From Bacilli bacterium (GTDB lineage Bacteria; Bacillota_I; Bacilli_A; RF39; UBA660): DNA of 64,000 bases. The stretch is taken from assembly GCA_051872765.1 (NCBI GenBank), contig JBJEED010000091.1, positions 17,878 to 81,877 of the forward strand, in the 5' to 3' direction. The first letter of the stretch is position 1. Each line of letters begins with the position of its first letter. A program made the position numbers and the translations under genes. Shown piece by piece: positions 51,168 through 59,728 of the stretch. The notes below the pieces were generated by a model. That model saw nothing but the letters and a program-made list of their open reading frames with translations. It did not search any database and was not told the DNA's origin.

Positions 51168-52562
51168 ATGTATAGTAATAAAAGAAATGGTTTTAGTATT
51201 TTAGATATTCTTGTTAAAATTATATTCATTGCGTTGTTTATATTTATTCTAATATGGTTATTTAAAAAGAATGTGCCAAATATGACTGCATTTTATAGTA
51301 ATGTGTTTAGAGAAAATATAAAGTATATGCAAGAAGCAGGTGAAAGTTATTTTACTGATGATAAAATGCCTCAAAATGTTGGTGATACAGTTAAAATTAC
51401 TTTAGCTGAAATGTTTGAAAAGAAATTAATATTACCATTTGTAGATGAAGATGGAAATTCTTGTAATCAATATGAATCTTATGTAAGTATTACTAAAGAA
51501 GTTGATGAAAGTTATTCTTTAAAAACAAACTTAGTATGTAATAAAGAACAGGATTATACAATTAAAGTACTTGGATGCCATAACTATTGTAAAGATAGTG
51601 AATGCTCTAAAACTTGTAGTATTGAAAAAATAACATCTTATCAATATAAAAAATTAGCAACTTCAACTAAGACTGTATATAGTTGTCCAAGTGGCTATAA
51701 ATTAGATGGTAAGTATTGTATTAAAACAATACTTGCTGATACAACATCAGCGAAAGTAACAACTGTTTCTACAACTAAAGTAGAAGTGCCTGCTATTGTA
51801 AAAAAAGTTGAGGGAGAAAAGACACTTTTAAATACTATTAAGACTAGTGTTCGTGAGTATGTAGATAGAATTGAAACAACAACACCAGGTCAAACTACTA
51901 CAACAACTATTCCATATACTTGTACAAAAGAACAAACTACTAGACAATGTTCAACAACTTATACACAAAATGCATATTCTTGTAATTGTACTACTCATGT
52001 AGGTCCAACAGGAAAACCAAGTACTACTTGTAGCACATGTTATGAAACTGTACCAGTTGAAACTTGTAAGGATGTAACTTCTACATATCAAGATACATGC
52101 TATAAGAGTGTGACATCTACTACTCCAGATGTAACTACTTATTCTTGTCCAGTTGATACAATTGAAGAAGGATCTGGAGAAAACTTAAAATGTTATAAGG
52201 TTGTTAAAAAATATAGTTGTCCAGCAGAAGCAAATTTAAAAGAGGGAAGTGGATCTAGTCTTAAATGTTATAAAGTCAAGGAAGGATCAGTTACATATAC
52301 TTGTCCTGATAGTACTTATACATTAAGTGCAGATAAGTGTTATAAGTATATTAATGAAGAAAGTACACAATATATTTGTAAAGATGGTTATAAATTAGAA
52401 GGAACTTTATGTAAGAAATATACTACTGAAAAAATTAAAGCAAATTCCAAGAAAGTAACTACTAAATATTATAAATATCAATGGAGTACTAAGACATCAA
52501 TTCCAGGATGGACTAAGACTGGTAAAACTAAAACTATAAATGGAAAAGAGATTTGTAAATAA
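51168..52562 (+). CDS. Prepilin-like N-terminus with a large Cys/Thr-rich extracellular domain
   Basis: KRNG/FSILDILVKIIFIALFIFILIWLF resembles a class III signal peptide; 25 Cys with repeated Y-x-C...C-x-K units. Confidence 0.65.
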   Translation: MYSNKRNGFSILDILVKIIFIALFIFILIWLFKKNVPNMTAFYSNVFRENIKYMQEAGESYFTDDKMPQNVGDTVKITLAEMFEKKLILPFVDEDGNSCNQYESYVSITKEVDESYSLKTNLVCNKEQDYTIKVLGCHNYCKDSECSKTCSIEKITSYQYKKLATSTKTVYSCPSGYKLDGKYCIKTILADTTSAKVTTVSTTKVEVPAIVKKVEGEKTLLNTIKTSVREYVDRIETTTPGQTTTTTIPYTCTKEQTTRQCSTTYTQNAYSCNCTTHVGPTGKPSTTCSTCYETVPVETCKDVTSTYQDTCYKSVTSTTPDVTTYSCPVDTIEEGSGENLKCYKVVKKYSCPAEANLKEGSGSSLKCYKVKEGSVTYTCPDSTYTLSADKCYKYINEESTQYICKDGYKLEGTLCKKYTTEKIKANSKKVTTKYYKYQWSTKTSIPGWTKTGKTKTINGKEICK

Positions 52563-52624
52563 ATCTCTCTTTTTTTTTCATTTTGTTGTATAATATTAAG
52601 TAGATTTTTAAATTGAGGTGTATT

Positions 52625-53071
52625 ATGAAAAAAAATAAAAATATAATTATTATTATTAGTATACTATTTGGATTTGTATTATTTTTTATATTGTCATTTA
52701 TGATATCTGGTAATACTAGTGAACCACTAAAAGAAAATGTAAATATTGATGAATGGTATAGTGAAACTCAAAAGGATGAATATGTCATTACTGTAATCGG
52801 ACAAACTACTTGTCCAAACTGTAAAGCTTATAAACCTATTATTTCAAGTTTATCTACTAAATATAAACTTAACTTATATTTCTTTGAAAGTGATATGTTA
52901 GAAGAAGAAGAATATAATAAATTAATTAGTTCATATGAGGAATTTGACCATGAATATGTTCCATTTACGGCTATTACTAAAAATGGTAAAGTATTAACTA
53001 CGACTGTTGGGAAAAAAGAGAAAAATGAACTAATTGAATTTTTAAAAGAATATGGAGTTATTAAAAACTAG
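52625..53071 (+). CDS. Membrane-anchored thioredoxin-family thiol-disulfide oxidoreductase
   Basis: N-terminal TM segment, CPNC active site and YVP cis-Pro loop. Confidence 0.85.
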   Translation: MKKNKNIIIIISILFGFVLFFILSFMISGNTSEPLKENVNIDEWYSETQKDEYVITVIGQTTCPNCKAYKPIISSLSTKYKLNLYFFESDMLEEEEYNKLISSYEEFDHEYVPFTAITKNGKVLTTTVGKKEKNELIEFLKEYGVIKN

Positions 53072-53157
53072 TAATCTAGTTTTTTTTAATGTATAATTTA
53101 AGTTGTAAGTAATTATTTTTATTACTTAGGAAAGCGAGGTATTAAAAATCGTATATT

Positions 53158-54261
53158 ATGAAAAAATTATTATCGTATTCAATAATTATTTGTTTTATAT
53201 TAATATTTGTTAAATACAGATATAGTGATTATGATATTAAATATGAAATTGGTGATTATAAAATAAGAACTAGTTATAGTGATAAAAGATTATATTATGA
53301 AATTACTGATGGTAATAAAACATATAATTTTGATGTATATATGAGAAGAAGTCTAAGTAAAAAAAATATTACAAATATTAAAACTATTGAGGGAGATAAT
53401 TTTAATTGTATATATCCTGTAGTAAAAGATATAGAAACTTATCCTTTATGTTATATAGGGGATGAGTTTACTGATTATAATTTAATTGATTCAGAATTAC
53501 TTGAGTCGTATAAAAAAGAAACAATTAACATTGAAAAATCCGAAAAAGATTTTATTTATTATAATAATTTAGATAATAGTGAGTATATTGCTTTATGGAA
53601 TTATAAAGGTTATATAGTAATGAATGGAAAAACTTATAATAATATTGATTTATTCAAAAAAGATAAATATGATAATACTCTTTCTTATTTAATAAAAGAT
53701 ACTTTGTATATAGCTGATTATGATCAAGAGCATGAATATAATAAATTAATAACTTTGAATTTAAAAACACTTAAAAAATCAGAAATTATTCTTAATAAAA
53801 AGATAGATTTTGATTCATATTTTGTGGGTCATATTAATAAAAAATTATACATATATGATAATAAAAATAGTATATTATATGAAATAGATATTAGAAATGG
53901 AGAAACTGAAATAAAAGGAAATAATGAAATTGGTTTTGTGAAATATAATAATGGTAAGTTTATTGTATGTAGTAAATCTGAATATAAAATAAACAAAATA
54001 AAATATGATATAAATGAATCAATATACATATATACGAACAATAATGGTTTATTTAAAACAATAAAAGAAAATAGTAAGTTAATACAGAAAATTACAAATG
54101 ATGATGTAAAACTTATTAAAGAAAATAATAATAAAATATATTATTTAGATGTAGATAGTTTTTATATGTATACTCCTAATAATGGAAATGAATTAATATT
54201 TTATAATTATGAATTATCTTTTAATAATGAAAATACAATATTCGTATATTTAAATAACTAA
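53158..54261 (+). CDS. Hypothetical exported protein
   Basis: 367-aa ORF with an N-terminal signal/anchor. Confidence 0.75.
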   Translation: MKKLLSYSIIICFILIFVKYRYSDYDIKYEIGDYKIRTSYSDKRLYYEITDGNKTYNFDVYMRRSLSKKNITNIKTIEGDNFNCIYPVVKDIETYPLCYIGDEFTDYNLIDSELLESYKKETINIEKSEKDFIYYNNLDNSEYIALWNYKGYIVMNGKTYNNIDLFKKDKYDNTLSYLIKDTLYIADYDQEHEYNKLITLNLKTLKKSEIILNKKIDFDSYFVGHINKKLYIYDNKNSILYEIDIRNGETEIKGNNEIGFVKYNNGKFIVCSKSEYKINKIKYDINESIYIYTNNNGLFKTIKENSKLIQKITNDDVKLIKENNNKIYYLDVDSFYMYTPNNGNELIFYNYELSFNNENTIFVYLNN

Positions 54262-54289
54262 ATTTAAAAAAATACATATAATACTTTAG

Positions 54290-54547
54290 GTGATTAAAGT
54301 GTTAGATTATGAAATTAAAAATAGTATAGAAAGTCCTTTTTATAGTATATATGAAATTAAAAAAGGAGATACATTATATAAGATATCTAAAGAATATAAT
54401 GTAAATACTAAGTTACTTGCTGAATTAAATGGTCTTGATTTAGATGATTATATTTATCCAGGTCAAGGTCTATTGGTTCCTAAAAAAGATGTAAGTTATT
54501 ATATTACTAAAGATGGGGATACGATTTTTGTGGGGAATAATGAGTAA
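54290..54547 (+). pseudogene. LysM protein, 5' part (interrupted by the integrated element at ...TKDGDT)
   Basis: Complete LysM domain YEIKKGDTLYKISKEYNV...LNGL...IYPGQGLLVP, then the start of a second LysM (YITKDGDT) running into element-derived IFVGNNE*. Confidence 0.85.
54514..54522 (+). repeat. attL core TGGGGATAC
   Basis: Identical to 57720-57728. Confidence 0.85.
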
Positions 54548-54599
54548 AATTATTGATTTATTTAGAAAAAAGTTTATAATATAAAGCAAGATAGGGGAT

Positions 54600-54980
54600 T
54601 TGCTAATGGAAGAGGATGAAAAAATTAGTCTTGAAATGTCTAATAACTTGAACTATGCTTTATCAAATTTAAAACAAGCTATAGAAGAGATAAATGTTTT
54701 AGAAGATAAGACATACTTTGAATTGACTAAACAACAAATAATTGATTATTTAAATTATGTTTATGCAAACATAAAGGACTGGAAAAAGAGTTATGAAACA
54801 AAAAATTATAAAATAATTACAGATAAATATAAAGAAATAGAATCTATTATTTCACAATTAGAATTTTGTTTAGTTGAATTTGATAATAAGTTTCATATAG
54901 AAGGCATATCATATTCTATATTCCAAATTGGCAAAATTATATCTAATTTAGAGAAAGAGAGTGATAAAAATGGCAGATGA
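54600..54980 (+). CDS. Hypothetical helical protein (element cargo)
   Basis: 126-aa ORF with an AGGGG RBS; overlaps the next gene. Confidence 0.7.
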   Translation: MLMEEDEKISLEMSNNLNYALSNLKQAIEEINVLEDKTYFELTKQQIIDYLNYVYANIKDWKKSYETKNYKIITDKYKEIESIISQLEFCLVEFDNKFHIEGISYSIFQIGKIISNLEKESDKNGR

Positions 54981-55521
54981 TAAACCAATAATAAAAGCAA
55001 CTACTCCAAATAGTAGTAAATATGATGCTAAAATAGATGTGTACACATCAGATCCTAAAGGTCCTCATGAATCAATTCATATAGCAGTCGATAGCGATTC
55101 AAAGTCAGCACATATTATAGACACAACAAATGGCGGTACAGAACATACTGATGTTAAATGTTATTTAACTTCGGCTTGTATGAAATATTTTCAAGAAAAA
55201 TTTGATGATAATTGTTATGAATTAACAATACTAAGATGGTTTAGAGATAATTTTGTTTCAAAGGAAGATATACAACATTACTATGAAGTAGCACCAATTA
55301 TTGTTGAAACAATTAATAAAGAAGAAAAATCTGATATTATTTATGATTATATTTACGATAATATAGTAGATTATTGTGTTGAACAAATTGAACAAGGAAA
55401 CTATGAGGCAGCATATAACAGATATAAAAATAGTGTTTTAGTATTAGAAGAACAATTTGCAAAACCAGCATTAACAGATAGATTTATAAAAACTTTAAAA
55501 TTAAAAACTAATAATCAGTAA
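54970..55521 (+). CDS. CFI-box-CTERM-like domain protein (element cargo)
   Basis: CYLTSAC...DDNCYEL.ILRWFRD...YYEVAP.IV..I matches the CFI-box-CTERM pattern; ~60-aa unique N-terminus. Confidence 0.7.
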   Translation: MADDKPIIKATTPNSSKYDAKIDVYTSDPKGPHESIHIAVDSDSKSAHIIDTTNGGTEHTDVKCYLTSACMKYFQEKFDDNCYELTILRWFRDNFVSKEDIQHYYEVAPIIVETINKEEKSDIIYDYIYDNIVDYCVEQIEQGNYEAAYNRYKNSVLVLEEQFAKPALTDRFIKTLKLKTNNQ

Positions 55522-55527
55522 AAATTA

Positions 55528-55575
55528 ATCATCCTATAAAATTTAGTGAAAACTAGAAATTAGGATGATTTTTTG
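55528..55575 (+). terminator. Terminator after the cargo genes
   Basis: AATCATCCTA ... TAGGATGATT followed by TTTT. Confidence 0.6.
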
Positions 55576-55864
55576 TGCTATAAATTATAGTTAATATTAG
55601 ACTTATCCTATATAGCATCCTACTTTGTAGGATGAATTTCGTAAGTACGAAATAAGCATGGTGCATATACAAGCCCTTATTTCATAAGGAAAAGTGAGTA
55701 TATATGCACCATTTTCTTATCCTGCTATTCGATATTTTAATAGATTCTTAACTATTTTAGAATGATAGACAAAACTTTCCATTGTAAATGACTTGATTCT
55801 TATATTTTAAGAGAGGTATCATACATGCAAAAGGAGATGATGTTTATGAATATGAAGGAGGACT

Positions 55865-55972
55865 ATGATATTAAGTAATATTATTAGGTATGTCTATAAC
55901 ACACCTAATAATATTACTAAAACAAAATTTAAAGCCATAGAATTTATTGGGGGTATTAAACTCTATGGTTAA
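55865..55972 (+). CDS. Possible small ORF (35 aa) upstream of the recombinase operon
   Basis: AAGGAGG RBS; MILSNIIRYVYNTPNNITKTKFKAIEFIGGIKLYG; its stop overlaps the next start. Confidence 0.35.
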   Translation: MILSNIIRYVYNTPNNITKTKFKAIEFIGGIKLYG

Positions 55973-56144
55973 ATACAAAGTTAATTTGAAATTTAAAGAA
56001 AATGGAAAATCTTTAAATGAAACAATAACTAATGTATTAAAAATTGAACTAGAAAAAAGAACAAATACGACTTGTAATATTTTAAAAAAGGAGTTACCAT
56101 TCAAGCATACTCATTATTCCCAAATGGAAGGGAGTAGGAATTGA
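55965..56144 (+). CDS. Small basic protein coupled to the recombinase (candidate recombination directionality factor)
   Basis: MVKYKVNLKFKENGKSLNETITNVLK...; its TGA overlaps the recombinase ATG (TGATG). Function is inferred from position only. Confidence 0.55.
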   Translation: MVKYKVNLKFKENGKSLNETITNVLKIELEKRTNTTCNILKKELPFKHTHYSQMEGSRN

Positions 56145-57709
56145 TGATAGGGAATAGTAGTTTTAAAGCAGGAATATATATAAGATTATCAAGAGATGAT
56201 GGAAATATTGAATCTGATAGTATTGTTAGTCAAAGAAGTTTACTTAATCAGTATGTTAAAGAAAATAACTACAATATAATAGATGAATATGTTGATGATG
56301 GATTTACTGGAACTAATTTTGAAAGACCATCATTTAAAAGAATGATTAGTGACATTGAAATTGGCAAAATTAATATGATTATTACTAAAGATATGTCTAG
56401 ATTAGGTAGAGATTATATAGGTACAGGAGAACTCATTGAAAAGTATTTTCCAAATAAAAATGTTAGGTATATTGCTATTAACGATGGTATTGATACATTT
56501 ATAGATAATACAAATAATGATATAGCACCTTTTAAAGCTATAATGAATGATATGTATGCTAAAGATATTTCTAAAAAAGTTAAAACAAGTTTGCATTCTA
56601 GAATGAAAGAAGGATTGTATGTATCTGGTAGATGCCCATTTGGTTATATGAAAGATCCAAATAATAAAAATCATTTAGTCATAAATGAAGAACAAGCAGA
56701 AGTAGTTAAATTAATATTTGATTTGGCGCTTAAAGGTAATACTTACCACTATATTGCTCAAGAATTAACTAAAAGAAAAATTAAAACACCAGCATCCTAT
56801 TATAACTATGTTTGGAATACTAAGTGTATAAATACAAATTGTATTTCACAAGAATATGGTGTATGGGTTGATACAACAATTAAATCAATTTTAACTAATA
56901 GAATTTATGTAGGTGATGTAGTGCAAGGTAAAACTAAAAAGATTAATTATAAACTTAAAAAGACGGTTAAAAATAATCCAAATGATTACATTGTAGTTGA
57001 AAATATACATGAACCAATAATTGATAGAGATACATTTAATTATGTTCAAACTTTATTACCTAAAAATGTTAAAAGACCAGAAAAGAAACGATTTTATTTA
57101 TTAGATGGACTTTTATATTGCGGAGATTGTAAACATCGTATAACTATTAGATATCAAACTAAAACTGACAGAAGTTATACAACTTGTGATTATTATAGAA
57201 CATATTCAAAATATCATGTTTGTACAACTCATACAAATAATTATGAAGTATTAGAAAGTGTAATTTTAGAAAACATAAAAGAAATATGTAAAAGGTATTT
57301 AGATAAAAATAAAATAAAAGATTCTATTGGCAATATAAAATTTGAAGATAATACTTTAAAAATAAAAAAACAAATAGAAAGTTTAGAAATAGCTAATAAT
57401 AAATTAATAGAAAGTCTAGATAAGACTTATATGGATAGGTTAAAAGGAATTATTGATGAGGAACAATACATAAGAATAAGTGAAAATCTAAAACAAGAAA
57501 TAGCTAATAATAAATTAAGTATTGATAGTCTTAAAAATGAACAAATAAATGAAAATAAAGTAGATAATAAACAAATAGAAAAATATATAAATGAATTTTT
57601 ATCATTAGAAAATTCAACTAGAGAATTAATAATTAATTTAGTAGAAAAGATTTATATCTATCAAGATAAAACGATAGATATTATATTTACATTTAAAAAT
57701 GTTACATAA
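56144..57709 (+). CDS. Large serine recombinase (resolvase + recombinase + zinc ribbon + coiled coil)
   Basis: GIYIRLS (catalytic Ser), YVDDGFTGTNFERP, KDMSRLGRD, PFGY and LLDGLLYCGDC...C...C. Confidence 0.97.
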   Translation: MIGNSSFKAGIYIRLSRDDGNIESDSIVSQRSLLNQYVKENNYNIIDEYVDDGFTGTNFERPSFKRMISDIEIGKINMIITKDMSRLGRDYIGTGELIEKYFPNKNVRYIAINDGIDTFIDNTNNDIAPFKAIMNDMYAKDISKKVKTSLHSRMKEGLYVSGRCPFGYMKDPNNKNHLVINEEQAEVVKLIFDLALKGNTYHYIAQELTKRKIKTPASYYNYVWNTKCINTNCISQEYGVWVDTTIKSILTNRIYVGDVVQGKTKKINYKLKKTVKNNPNDYIVVENIHEPIIDRDTFNYVQTLLPKNVKRPEKKRFYLLDGLLYCGDCKHRITIRYQTKTDRSYTTCDYYRTYSKYHVCTTHTNNYEVLESVILENIKEICKRYLDKNKIKDSIGNIKFEDNTLKIKKQIESLEIANNKLIESLDKTYMDRLKGIIDEEQYIRISENLKQEIANNKLSIDSLKNEQINENKVDNKQIEKYINEFLSLENSTRELIINLVEKIYIYQDKTIDIIFTFKNVT

Positions 57710-57719
57710 AAAATGTATC

Positions 57720-57728
57720 TGGGGATAC
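57720..57728 (+). repeat. attR core TGGGGATAC
   Basis: Identical to 54514-54522. Confidence 0.85.
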
Positions 57729-57837
57729 ATTATATAATGTTAGTAAGACATTTGGTATTAATCAGGAAGATTTAGTAAGGCAAAATAAAACAATATATTT
57801 ACTTCCAGAACAAATGATTTTTTATAAAAGAGATTAG
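57721..57837 (+). pseudogene. LysM protein, 3' part (rest of the second LysM domain)
   Basis: Not in the ORF track. Reads GDTLYNVSKTFGINQEDLVRQNKTIYLLPEQMIFYKRD*, has no start of its own, and is followed by a hairpin and T-run. Confidence 0.88.
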
Positions 57838-57894
57838 AATATCTAGTCTTTTTTTTTTATAAATGATATAATTACTATAATAGGAGTTGGTTAG

Positions 57895-59502
57895 ATGATA
57901 ATAAAAAAGCCATATGCTTTTTTAATTAAGAATTTTAGGGTCATTCATGGACTTATTTTTGCTATGCTTCTTTATTTGACTTTTAAATTATTTTCTATAT
58001 ATTCTTTTTTTAGTGAATATGTATCTAACCATTATTATATAAACACTGGAACATTAGAAAGTGAATATATTAATTTTATAATGTTTATAGTAGCAAGTTT
58101 AGTTATTATAGTATCTATTATAATATTTTATCTATTATCTGTGAAAAGAAAAGAAAATAAATCTTACATGATAATAGTAATATACAATGTATTACTTATA
58201 ATTTATTTTTTTGTGATGTTTAGAGTATTTCAAGATTTAAATATAAATTCCTTGGATACTGAAACTGTCAGATTTTATAGAGATATTTCAATGATTGCAC
58301 TAATACCAGAGGCTATATTTATGTTAATTATGCTTGGTAGAACACTTGGATTTAATATAAAACAATTTGATTTTAAAAAAGATTTAGAAGAAATAAATAT
58401 AGATAGTAGTGACAATGAGGAAATAGAGCTATCTCTTGGTAATGATACATATAAATTTAAAAGATATATAAGAAAGTTATTTAGACTAGGTAAATATTTT
58501 GTTTTAGAAAATAGATTATTTGTTATATGTGTTAGCTCAGCAATAGTTTTAATACTATGCGTTACAATATTCATGAATATAAACGTTTATGGTACAAATT
58601 ATGAAGAAAATACTCAAATAGTGGCTAATACAGTATGGTATAAAGTTAATTCTAGTTATTTAACGACAACTGATATTAATAATAAAGTAATTAATAAAGG
58701 AAAAACTTATTTGATTGTAAAAGTAGAGGCTGAAAATAAATTATCAAAAACATATACTCTCTCAAGAGAAACATTTAGATTAGAATTTGAAAATGATATA
58801 TTATTTCCAATATTTACATTAAGTAACAGTTTTATTGATTTTGGTGAACTTTTTGTACCAAGAGAATTAAAGGCTAATGAAAATAGGGAATTTGTTGTAG
58901 TATATGAATTAGATACAAAAAAAATATCATCATCTTCATTTACCTTTAAAATTAAAAATTATAATGAAAAGGCATTAGGAGATATACAAGCTCCTTATAA
59001 GGATATTATATTAAAACCAAAAAATATAAATGATATACAAATAGAAGAAGAATATAATATACCATCTTCCTTAGATTTTAAGAAAACTATTTTAAATAAT
59101 TCTAAATTGGAAATAAGTGAATATAATATTAATGATACTTATATTGAAACATATGAACAATGTGAAAATGAAATATGTAAAAATATTAAGTATATAGTTG
59201 CTCCAAATAATATTGGTAAAGGAGAATTAACTATATTAAAATTAAAATCAGATCTGCAGTTAGATGATAATCTATATTTAAAAAAGTATATAAGTATTCC
59301 ATCTGAATTTTTAGAAAAATATGCATATTTAGAATATAATTATTTAGGAACGAAATATATTTCTTATTTAGAAGCAATACCAGTTAAATATAATAAAGAT
59401 AAATATTCTTATTTACAAGTGACAAAAAATATCAAATATTCAAATGATATTAAATTAATTATATTAATTAGAGGAATAAAATACACAATTAACTTGAAAT
59501 AA
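57895..59502 (+). CDS. Hypothetical membrane protein with an extracellular C-terminal domain
   Basis: AGGAG RBS; ~5 TM segments then a beta-rich domain. Confidence 0.75.
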   Translation: MIIKKPYAFLIKNFRVIHGLIFAMLLYLTFKLFSIYSFFSEYVSNHYYINTGTLESEYINFIMFIVASLVIIVSIIIFYLLSVKRKENKSYMIIVIYNVLLIIYFFVMFRVFQDLNINSLDTETVRFYRDISMIALIPEAIFMLIMLGRTLGFNIKQFDFKKDLEEINIDSSDNEEIELSLGNDTYKFKRYIRKLFRLGKYFVLENRLFVICVSSAIVLILCVTIFMNINVYGTNYEENTQIVANTVWYKVNSSYLTTTDINNKVINKGKTYLIVKVEAENKLSKTYTLSRETFRLEFENDILFPIFTLSNSFIDFGELFVPRELKANENREFVVVYELDTKKISSSSFTFKIKNYNEKALGDIQAPYKDIILKPKNINDIQIEEEYNIPSSLDFKKTILNNSKLEISEYNINDTYIETYEQCENEICKNIKYIVAPNNIGKGELTILKLKSDLQLDDNLYLKKYISIPSEFLEKYAYLEYNYLGTKYISYLEAIPVKYNKDKYSYLQVTKNIKYSNDIKLIILIRGIKYTINLK

Positions 59503-59533
59503 AGCATATAATTTGTTATAATTATATGCGTAT

Positions 59534-59607
59534 GGAGCCATAGCCAAGTGGTAAGGCACAGGTCTGCAACACCTTCATCGTCGGTTCAAATCCGACTGGC
59601 TCCTCCA
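59534..59607 (+). tRNA. tRNA-Cys (GCA)
   Basis: GGAGCCA acceptor stem pairs with TGGCTCC; anticodon loop CT-GCA-AC; GGTTCAAATCC T-arm; encoded CCA. Confidence 0.97.
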
Positions 59608-59728
59608 ATTAATGTAATATTATATCCAATTTTATGAGTTGAATTGGTTTTTTTTTACTATAAAAAATATTTATAAATATAGACCTAAATTGCTATATAA
59701 AAGATAATAATACACAAAAAAATCATGA

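Larger units (their letters stand above)
54514..57728. mobile_element. ~3.2-kb serine-recombinase integrative element inserted in the LysM gene (skin-like)
   Basis: Direct repeat TGGGGATAC at 54514-54522 and 57720-57728. A large serine recombinase ends 10 bp before the right repeat. Removing 3206 bp restores the LysM reading frame. Confidence 0.9.

Noticed and set aside
55628-55660. Hammerhead ribozyme (GATGA...GAAA)
   Set aside because: The core reads AGGATGA rather than CTGATGA, and stem II geometry does not fit.
59534-59607. tRNA-Cys as the integration site of the nearby element
   Set aside because: No duplicated tRNA 3' end was seen; the att cores lie in the LysM gene.
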